Positions 24,501-35,900 of a stretch of DNA of 64,000 bases are shown piece after piece; the first letter of the stretch is position 1, and each line of letters opens with the position of its first letter. The stretch covers positions 620,001 through 684,000 of the forward strand of contig OZ210884.1 in the NCBI GenBank assembly GCA_964658305.1, given 5' to 3'. Source of the stretch: Leptogorgia sarmentosa (lineage: Eukaryota). The notes below the pieces were generated by a model. The model was not told the DNA's origin. It worked only from the letters and a program-made list of their open reading frames with translations, and did not search any database. Position numbers and translations under genes: made by a program.

Positions 24501-27500
24501 TTTCATTCCAAATTCAAAGAAACCGGCATTCGACGTTATAAATTAAAAAGTGGTTGCATCCATTCCAGCGACGATAATTTTTAACTACGACCAACAGTTT
24601 TGGCCAGGGTATTAATGAGTACGCCAATAAAACCTTTCACAAATATGATGTAGCCATTTCAATGCGGAAACTAATTTGGGGAAAAGCTTGTTGCGTGGTT
24701 ATGAACTGTATCATCAATTTGAAGCTGTGAGTCTTGTTTTCTGTCCGCTTTCAAACATCTGCATGGTTTATAATAACTGACCTTTTCACATTCCCCTGAC
24801 GCAATACTGGTTGTTAATGCTCTACTGATACGATCAGTGGCACTAGACACAGAAAACCCATTTTCATGCACTAGGGAAAATGTTGTGCAATGTATGGATT
24901 AAGGGAAAACAATGATGCTCCCTTTACCCTTGGATCATCAGTTCGACGTTCCCAACTCAAACGTTAGAAACGAAAACAGAACTCGCAAAATAATTTTTAG
25001 TTACTCATTTAACGTCAAACTATGCTGCACGTAAAACGAGTGAGACTTTTTATTAGAATAAAAATATACGATGCCATGGGCCATCTTATCTGAAAATATG
25101 GGCTACAGTAAGTTTGATGACAAAAAGTGAAAGTGGGCAGGAATATTATTTATAACATTATTGTCAGTGTTGATATAATAAACGCGTTATTTTAAGTAAT
25201 ATCGACGTATATTGTCAAGTACTGTACTATTTTTCTAGTTCTGGCCTAATAAGGTAAACAACTTCTGCATTCAGTTCACGTTACGACGCCGCAATAATTG
25301 GAATTGCTGCTAATGATAAAGCTCATGTGACTATACCGTACTTAATTGAAGTATGTTTGAAACTGACCAAACTCAGCTTTGTAACTGACTTAACGCAGAT
25401 CAACGCGAACGATTATCCTATGATCCTATCCACATTCAACGACCATAAATACTTTGAGGTGAGAGTCGTGTGGGAAATGATTAACTTACACACAATTAAA
25501 CAAACTGAATTGAATGAAACAAAATCCTGGTGAGAATTGCACATCATAGACTGTCAGAAAATTCAACAGAGTGTAGTTGACCACACTAACTTCAGCTTCT
25601 CCTCAATCATGTTTTAAACCTTGAATATTTCAGTTTAAGCATTGCACATTTTTTGCATTGTACATTTTTTGCATTGTACATTCGTAATCCAGCAACTCAG
25701 TTGCGTTCTATCTCATGTATTGCAGAAGAGATCAGCAAATTTAGCCCTAGTTTAGCCATTTATGAACGTTCCAGTGCTTACCTTCAAAGTAATTTAAACC
25801 AATGTTTGACCTGAGCCGTGAATGACTTCCTTGGCGTTTCCTCACTTCTGTTACCGACACTCTAATTCCTTCTTCAAAGCTTACAAACTGAATCCTGTAA
25901 AGGATGCGATATAAAGATAACTGATTTATTAAACACAAAACTACAAAACGACAAAATGGTTCTTCTGAATTTTTACTGTGCAACTCGAATTTACACTGCG
26001 CATGCTCTGTTGATATCTGATACAGTAAATAGTTATAATGCGCGAACCTATTTAACTTCCTGTGCCAAAAATAAGTCTGCGCGGTTCTTAAGGTCGGTTC
26101 CATGCATACTAATGCGTGATTCTCAGTTTTTTAACGATGTATAGTTAAATCAAGAAGAATCTATACACAATATTCTATCTTACTTTCATTTTTTGTCATC
26201 AAGCTAGCCTATATCTGCAGAAATGATGGCCTTTGTCAACGCATATACGTAATCATCAGGCTAGCTGTACAGCTACAGCTATATTCTCAGTCGAACTTGG
26301 AACTTCAGCGTATTTTTCTTCCACGAAAGGGCCAGGCTTAATTCGACATTCAATTCAGGCCGACCTTCCGCGTTCCAGACTCGCCTCTAATTATGCACTA
26401 ATTGGTTCAAATACAAGTGAACCATGGACTAACTGGCCGCCGCATTATTCTAAATATATATGTCTCTTTCCTTAAAATCATTTTCATGTAACAAATAATC
26501 AAATTTTCATAGATTTCATGCAGTTCATTTGAATTAGAGCTAATTTAAGTAAGTGTGAACTGTGCGCGATAGTAAATGCGGAAGGCGGTTATAATCAACC
26601 ATGAATCTATGCGGAACCAGAGATTTAAACAGCACTCACTTCATCACCAACAAGACATATAGAAAAACTGTCGGTTGAGGTCCACTGGAATGTGGAAAAT
26701 GATCAATTATACTTTCATGTTTCCACCAGGAAATATCTCGTCAAGATATCACCGATTCTTGCGGATATACTTCTGACATATTTCATGATTGCATATTTTA
26801 AAACAATTATGTGTGTCTCTTGAGACTTTAGTTTCTCAAACAATAAAATAATATAGCCTGGCCGAATTCCAGCATTTGGGTTGAATTAATATTTTTTTAT
26901 AAATTTATGCAACCATGTATGATGAGGTAATTTGCACACATGGGGAAAACCATTTGTAATGTTCCTTTTTTATTAATCCTACGAGACACGGGGATTTCAC
27001 GAGTAGCTACTATGTATACACCATGATTGGAGAAGAAATTAAACCAATGAAGTAATTTAGCTACTTTAAAAACGCAGTTTGCCTTTGCACAGTTATCTAA
27101 AGAGGCTGGGAATTTTTTTATAATTGGTCGATTAAAAATATAAAGAATGTTCTTTATTGTACATTTTAAGAATTGCAAACACAAAGTATATAAAGTTGGG
27201 ATTTTAGCAGTTAGCTGGAGGATATACTCGGTGCTCGATAATCACACTATTTCCCGTTGTTTGCCTATAGTTTGAATTTGAATATGTTTGAATATTTTAT
27301 CCCAAAACCTCGATCTTCCCTATTTAAAAATGTCGTGTAGTCATATCACCTAACTAAAAATTGTGTAGGTTTCCACTGACTGCATGTGACTGTAAAACGC
27401 TATATTATAACTTGGGAATTTACCGAAAAGAATCCGAGAATTTGTGTTATACATATACTGTATAAACAGCTGCTGCATATAGCTGACCAATCTTATAAGC

Positions 27501-29904
27501 TCTTTTGCATTTATATTTTGTAAAAGTCAAATATTTCCTTATAGCTACCACTCTTTGATCAATTTGAGAACGCGCAATGTGTTTCAAAATTTCGACCATC
27601 CCTTCGCTTCTCTGATGATAATTTGAGCAAATTTTCAATGTATAACAATTGAATGAACTTGTAAACACAACATACCTTGCAGTAGCAGACGATGCTTGAG
27701 ATCAGACCAGGCGAAGAAAGTTATGTATGAATCGTTTAGTTACAGCAGTCAGTGCGATACAGTGCAGGGCAGTGCTGTGGTAACGGCAAACACTCTTCCA
27801 ATTGAAGCGTCTGTTAAGGTTAAGCAAATATATGACATAACCAGTCAATTTTCGAGCGCGTTTCGTTTTTTAATGAAACATTGCTTAAAGCTGGCTAAAA
27901 TAGCCTGCGAGAAACGAAAGGGAAAATCCCAGGACGTCTTGACCAATCAAATCGTGGATAAACCTAACTCATAATTACGCCCACAAAAAACTCTGATTGA
28001 CATCGTGTTCCGGTGTCAAAGGTCTGGGAAAGACGTGGATTGCGGATTGCGTATTTCGGACAAGAAATTGTGAATAACAGATATTAGAATTTTGTAATGA
28101 TTACCAGAAAACTGAATGAAAAAAGGGCGGTCATTAGCTATTAATGATTGCATTTGTTTGTTGGCATTTTCACTCTCAAAGTTTTACCCTTAAAGCTATA
28201 ACAAGACAAGTTTCCTTTTCATTAAAATGCCTATATTTATTGATATCACTCAATATTGGTATGTAATTATTTCAGTTGATTTTGTGCAACTGAAGAGAAT
28301 TATATCACGACGAAGAGTGAAGGATAAATATTGACGTTTTACATGTAAAATAGTCAAATTTTCGCTTTTGTTTTGAATTTAGAGTTCGTGAAAGCAAAGT
28401 TCGTGATGGGGAGTGGGTTCACGAACAGGGCGTTGATTGATCAGTTAACGACTGTCGTGAGAATTGCTCATTTCATCATGACATTGAGCAACGTTTTGTG
28501 TTGATAAGCTATCGTGCAAGGTAGCGTCACCATGAACTTGGGATGTGGCGATTGCTTCGGAGGAGTATTCCTTTATTCGCGGCTCTTACACGAACGTCGC
28601 CAGTTTGAAAGCACAAATTTATGGCGGGAAACATCAGAAATTCCATATTCGGCTCACCTGGCATTAGTGGTTGTAATTTTCCCTCGACAACCTGATTTAA
28701 GATCTGGTAAAGGGTGGCAATCGATATCTTTGTTTTAATAAGTATTCGTTTTCGAGAGTCCGCACTAATGGATAATGCATGGCAGTGTTTTCAAATCGAT
28801 GCGTTTTCGCCCGGCGAATACGCTGAGCGTATTCGAGCGTATTAGTGTGAACGAAAGGAGAACTAGTACGAACATGGTCCAAATCATTTGCACATGTGCC
28901 GCCATTTTGCCCACCACGCGTTCGACAGGACTCGGAGTGACACGAAAACTTCGTGATCGCAACTTTTGGCTTCCAGTTTAAATATTTCACGAACTAAATT
29001 GAAAGGACATGTGAATAGAAAGATTTAAAAAGGTTACATGCATAATTATAATTTTCAAAGTTCTATCAACGTATGTACATATCATTCAAGTCATGACGCT
29101 TACTTCTCAATTCCTTTATTTATAATAGCAACCATCAATAACACCGTTGGAATTTTGATTCATGCATTCAATAACATTCCAAAGCTGTCGTTTTTACGAA
29201 ATACGTATAGTATTACGGACACATAAATATATTGAATTTCAATACAAAATGTTCTGAAGGCATGCGAATAAAATATTCTACGCATTGAAACAATTATGGG
29301 GAAAGGGCCTCCAAGCATAATAAAAAGGACGGCGGCCGGCATGCATGCCGTGTCCAGTTTCTTTACGAATTTAAATCAGCTGCCGAAACAAAAAGAACTA
29401 CCAGCCACAAAAATTTGTTGAAGATTGGCTTTAATTTAATCATATATATTAATTTGATGTTCGTATCCGACATTTCATGTTTTCAAACAAAAAACTTTAT
29501 GTTTTCAGATTTATATTTTCCGATTTTAATTCACAAAGAAATGTTTTTGCGATTGCCATGCAGCCATCGTTTTCATTATCGCGGATTATGCCTGATTTAA
29601 ACGTATTGCATGTATGCGTCCTACGGAAATATCCAGGGGGTGTAACTTGCGTCCGAATACTGTATCATTGATTGCGCTCGTCTCATAATACATCCAGTGC
29701 TTATGAGAAGCGATGCTTGGGTAAAGGCCAATGCTTCTTTAAAAATCCCCGAAACGTCATTACATTTAGAAAAAAATTTAGAAAAAACAGACGTCATATA
29801 TATACCTATTGCGCCGGACCGCCGGCCGTATGTAAATAGCGTTCTCAACCATAATAATTACGGGTAGCACACTTTCCGCAGGACGCAACCATGTCTTCAA
29901 TACC

Positions 29905-32900
29905 TCACGCCATGTCTTTCATTTCAAAGCTAGTTAGAACAGGCTGACTTTTATCGTCGCTTTCTTCGACAGATACTGGAACTGATTTCGGACGAGGTTT
30001 TTCAACTGAATTATCTTTGGTCGCCGTTTCCGAGTCTTCGTGACTATCATTATCACCTGAATTGAACGAAAATAAAAAGAGATTACATAACAACTACATA
30101 CAGTGAAACACACATCTTCATTGGTCAGAGCATGCAGGATCAGACATCCTACATGCACATTATCCTGCACGGAAAATTTTGAATGCTCACTCACGAGTTG
30201 CGGGATTTATAAAAAGTCGGGAGTGAAAAAAAAGTAAAATATGAAAATTTGACAGTAACACAAACAAGGGCCTCTCATATTTATGGAAAGAAATCCATGT
30301 GAGTGATTTTTACGCTTTCCGAAGCTGTCGCCATGCACATCCCGCGTGCATGGAGGACGCAATCCTGCACGGAAAACCATTCGGTATATATTGCGAAACG
30401 TGATCGTTGTGATGATACAAGGCGGAATTAAAAACCAATTTCCACTCAGGAAAATAAGCAACGGATCGGATCGGACTCTTTTCCTTCATTCATTATCCAC
30501 GCCGTCGGAGAAAAAATGTTGGAAATACTTCAACTGTTAGGATAATAGGTTAAACAGCAACAGACAGTTACAGTTGATACCGAACGTCTATTCGCTGGTT
30601 CGATATTGTTCCTGTCAGGTCCGATCCCTTGCTTATTACCCTGAGTGGAAACCGCCCTCAAGCTTGAACGCGGGCTCTCGCGGGTTAAGTGAAGCCACTG
30701 GCACTTTATGATCAAGGCTAGGATTTTCAGGTTTGGGTTGGGATTAAGCGTAGTTTATATATTTAAATTTTACTTACACTGCGCAAAAAGCGAGCAGGAG
30801 AGGAGTCGTCGCTATCTTTTTTTCCGTAGACAGTCGGACACCTCATTGATTGTCGGACACATCATTATCATATTATCATGATAATAAGCATTATAAAGAT
30901 TTTGAATGTAAGACCTGGCAGCTTGAGCGGTTGGTGTAGTGGTAAGCAAGCGAACTGCGTGCAACGTGTCTGGGTTCGATCCCCATCAGGGGGGTTATCA
31001 TTTTCGTCATTTTTTTTTCAATTCTGCCAAAGATATTTGAGCGATTTATTTTGAAATCCACCCGTACTTAAGATTTTCTTTCAAAATTTCATTTATGTTC
31101 AAGGTTAGGGTAAGAACTGCCGTCTGGTTAAGTGTCAGTATTATCAATTGATCAAGTGAAAGAGTCTGGACGGTAATAAATGATGTTTCCGACCATCAAT
31201 GAGGTATCCGACTGTCTACGGAAAAATATTTGCGGCGTCAACTGTTTCGGAAGGCAACGACCGTTTACAACACGAAAAATTGCGTCGGCGTCATCGTCAA
31301 TAGAGAGTTTTTAGCAAGAGTACATGTACGTGGAGTACGACAATGAGTACAAGTTTTGACCGCGTGTCACGGCTGTAGTCTGGCGCGAGGAAGTTCGTAA
31401 AACGCGAAGAGGAGGCAAAAATTATACTTGATCGTCAGCGCCCACAGAGTGAATATAAAAATGCGTTTCTGTTAATACCAACAGGAGGAATTTTGAGGGA
31501 GCTCTACACATGTGTTCCTGCCATATGTCTGCACATCAGAGCTGCAACTAGAGCAATTTGCTACGGTAATCCGTCATGAAAAAAAATAGCGGCATGTCGA
31601 TCGTAAAAATAGTTCCTTGCGAATTAAATCGTTAAAAATACTTCAGCTGTCACATCAGTTCATCAACTATTGGCCTTTATTTGATGGTATTGATCGTTCG
31701 TATCCAGCTCCACGGCACAGAAACGTTGAAACTCTTTTGAAACGTAGCTTTACGGACACAAAATTTCTTTAAAAAGAAGCACAACTTGGGTAAATTCAAT
31801 CACAGTATTTTGAGTAGTTTGAAATTCGCAAAGAATTGTTTTTTAAATCGGCAAGCCGCCATCTTTTTGGATGCCACCATTAGAGAACGAGCAAAAGTTT
31901 CGAAAAACAAAAGCCTACTGTATCGCCGGTAATTACACATACTGTGTCATACCTTGTTTTTCTTCATATTCATACTTATCCACGACAATGCCGTCGATCT
32001 GATCAGGAGCTGCTACGAGAGCTACAGCTTCCACGCGGCCGTAAAACCAGAGTAGCAAACCAAACACAATAAATGCGACAATGGATGGAACGAAAGCTAG
32101 ACCCTTCAAACCCAGAGAATATCCCAAATACTTTGAATTCATTTTCATGTCACCTTCACAATATGATCTGTTGGTCATTGGATCGGTGTGCTTGCATCGC
32201 CATTCGTGCGAAAGAGTCGTTTTATTCGCGTTAGCCACAAATGTTGTGTTAGAAACAGTGTAGATGTAGCCCTCGGAGTCCGTGTATTGTCCAAATGTGT
32301 ACGGATCGTAAAAGATCTGATTTTTCCACATGTTGAGGTCCAGAATCATAACAATAAATATGATACCATAATTGAACCATTTGCCGGTCACGTGGACAGC
32401 CCAGTTCTCCTTTTTCAGACAACGTGGCGGCGTAAAACGAAATGACGACGTGTTTACACCAGGCAATTTGATGTCAATGGCGGATTGAAAATGAGGAAAA
32501 TCCCAGTCCTAATAATAAATTAAAGTTATTTTTATTATACTGTATTTGAAAACAGACAAAGGTTAAAACATAATTGGTGGACATAATCAGTATATTAAAA
32601 ATTTATGAAATAACCGTTTAAAAACACGGAGATTTTCGCGCTGGTTGCGCGTGAATTTTAAAAAAGTTAATATTTGAATGAAAACATTTTTTCAGTGCTC
32701 CTAGAGTTACAGAAAGACTTGTGAAGTAGAAAGACGGAATTTCTCGTTTCTACCAAACTTTCACGCGTTCTGCAACTCTATAAAAACACGGAAAATGTTT
32801 TCTTTTTCATAAATAATTCGAGCGAAAACAAACTACTTGTATAAATACAGTATACATGTAGGTAATTCAATTGGGGTTGAACTCGAATTTCAAGGTCGAA

Positions 32901-35900
32901 CAGCTTACTGGGAGTCTTATTTAGTATCTCACATATACTACGCCACTGAAAATCTTTATCATATATTCTTGCATGCTATCCGCCAGGACAGTCCTGGCTA
33001 TCAGACAATGGTCTCCAATTCATTTTTTTAAGTTGAAGATATTAGTGAATATTTTTTGGATCTTGCATGGAGTTGCAAGTGTTGAGTTATGAGCTTCGAC
33101 CTTCCGAGGAGAGGCGAACCAGGAAAGCCAATCAATATACTGTATACTGAAATTTGTCTACGTGCGTAAAATAAAGTGAGCACAAAAACAATAAAAGTCT
33201 ATGGTGAGTTTTTACGTGTGTTCTTCATGTTCGTTCAAATTGAAAATGTCTCCCCATGCAGTTGCACTTCCTTCCACCATTATCATCCTCATTTTATTAT
33301 GTTTTGAAATTTCTATCTATGCGCCAAGAAGTGACTTAGACGGTCTCTGCATGACTGCAGAAATTTAACTGCATGGTGGATAGCGCAAAACGGACTTCGA
33401 TTCGTACAACTTTGGTAACTTTCTCGAACGATTTGAATTTTATGAGCGCAGATAACCAACGGTTGATAACCGCTGGCTTTGATAAATGCGTTTCACTGGC
33501 TGAGAGGACCCACACCGTATTTTCCCTATCTTTAGTATACTGTAACTACAGTAGCAAAAGTTAAATTTTTTGAATCTTTTTTCGTTCGGAAGGTCAGCTA
33601 CATAGTAGCTACAAACGTCTGTTTAAGTTGGCACGGCAACGCGCCAGTTGTACCAGGGCGCAGTAAACGAAGTCCGTATCGCGGTGTATGAAGTCACCTG
33701 ACTCACGTGAAGAAGCAATCGGAATGCTCTCATTATAGCTATAGTTCGATGATTGTACAAAATGTTGCTATAATTACTAACAAAATATGCAGGTTCACAC
33801 CAACCTGCATTACAATAATTAAATCCATGACAAGAATGACGGAGGCAAGAAAAGCACGTGATAATTCGTTCGTGGAAACAAAATCGCGATTGAGATCGTC
33901 CCATTTCACAAAATCGGTAATTATACCAGTCGCTACAATAAGTGTTGCCAGAATCCACACTGCCCAGAAAGCAATAATACGATGCCATTTCCTACGCCAT
34001 ATCGAGCGAGGGTAAACAGCCCAAGACGGATACAGCTTTTCCTACAGTATGATAAAAATGAGTTGAAAGATGTGAGTATAAGTTAACAATTAAGATGACA
34101 ATTTTTTCCATGTCGCGTATTTTCGACGAAATGTGTTGAAAATGTAAAATATTTTCGGCGTTCCTTCCAAAATCGAATTGTCCTATGATTATTATATCGA
34201 GAAAACAGCTATCTTTCAAACTGTGTTTAGGGATTGAGAAAATAAAAGGGATAAAACAATTAGGAGCTTTAAGCTCGGGCATGCAGCACAACATAATTAA
34301 GGCGGCCTTCATTTCAACATTGAATACAAGATTCCAAACGTAATTTTCTCTTTGGCGTACTCTCCAAAATCTTTTTACTTTCGTTTTATATCATTAATTA
34401 TGAATCCACCAAGCTTTTTAAGTGAGTCTGCCGACTGCGAAACCTCAAAATTTTAAATTTACATTTCGACGAACTTGAGATTTGAGCGCGAGATATTTGA
34501 CATACAGAAAATCTTCGTCTTACCAAAGAAATGATACACGTTATGGTTATAGTTATAGTTTTATAGTTATGGTTATGGTCACCGTTGTTGGTCTTACGGT
34601 GGTTACGGTTACGATTATAGTAATTATACTTATACAACCCTTTTATCAATTCCTATCCTCGTTTGATCCGGCCAAAACTTTCTGTGTAACACAATTGAGC
34701 ATTCAAACGTTTCGAATTGGAATTATTCGTCGATTTTGTCAATACATGAGAACTAACCTGTAGCATAATATCTGTGACCATCCATGCAGTGACAAAATCT
34801 CCAGTCCAGGTTCCCAGTGCTGCGAATTTCATGAAGTTGGCATTCGACACGCCGAAAAAACTCGACAACTTATATCGATCCAAATCAGAGCCAAGACTCA
34901 GAAATCCGTTGAAAATGTGCGAAAATATGAAGAGTGAAATAATCGTTGTCAGAAACATGATCATCCAGGAACCTTGATCTTCTTGAAACATGCGCAACTT
35001 GACGCGTTTTCGCAACAGCTGTTGGTGCACAAAAAACTTGCCAACTGCCATACCAACTGCTATACCACAAAGAAGTAGGAGCACCTTCAACACCGACCAA
35101 CCAGCAGGCGGGTATCTAGATAAAATGCAAAAATTACCATCAGCCCCGGATCAATCCATCATTGGGGGCCGGGGACAAAAAACTAAAGGGCCGAAATTCG
35201 GTGCTAAGTAGGTTGAAGTTTCAGGAAAATTTCAGAAAATATTTTTAACATTGTTTTTCTTGGGCCGGTAAATAAGCTTTTGACCTGGGACCTGGGACCA
35301 GGGACAAATGCTCCCCTAAATAATCCGGCATTGATTATCATTATATAACTGTTTAGAGACTCGGATAATACTGTACTATACAAATAATGAATGTTTATGA
35401 GTGCAATGGTAAGAATATTTTCATGAGGTGAAAGATGGAATGTTCTATTTATATAATACCAAAATAACAAAAGGTTTATTGCAAGCTTCCGCCATTTTGG
35501 TGTATTTTGACAAGATAAATCGCATTTACCTGACGTCGAGAATTGGGGGTAAATAAACTGCGATCACTGTCGGAAGAGCGTTTTGAAGGATGGGAGTTAC
35601 TGAAAACACAGAGTGCAATAGTACGAATACTATTGCACTCTCCAGAGTGCAATAGTATTCGTAGTATTGCACTCTTGGGAAATGGAACTTTCTATTCAAA
35701 ATCACGTGACCATAATTAACCAATCAAACGACCTGAATGTAATGAGGTATTATACAAATATGGCTATTAGGATTTGGGGTAGATGCATCGCTAGTCTAGT
35801 CTAGTACACCTTTCTATATTGCCGGCAAGAAACTTACAATATTGACTGACATCATTATCTATGATAGAAGAAATATGGTATAATGTCACCTATATGTCAA

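Noticed and set aside
12600..29800. Numerous 60-136 aa ORFs in the intergenic region
   Set aside because: No recognisable domains, many with non-ATG starts; consistent with chance ORFs in AT-rich DNA.
30926..30993. Functional tRNA gene
   Set aside because: A and B boxes are present but the anticodon and acceptor stems do not fold; treated as a tRNA-derived cassette.
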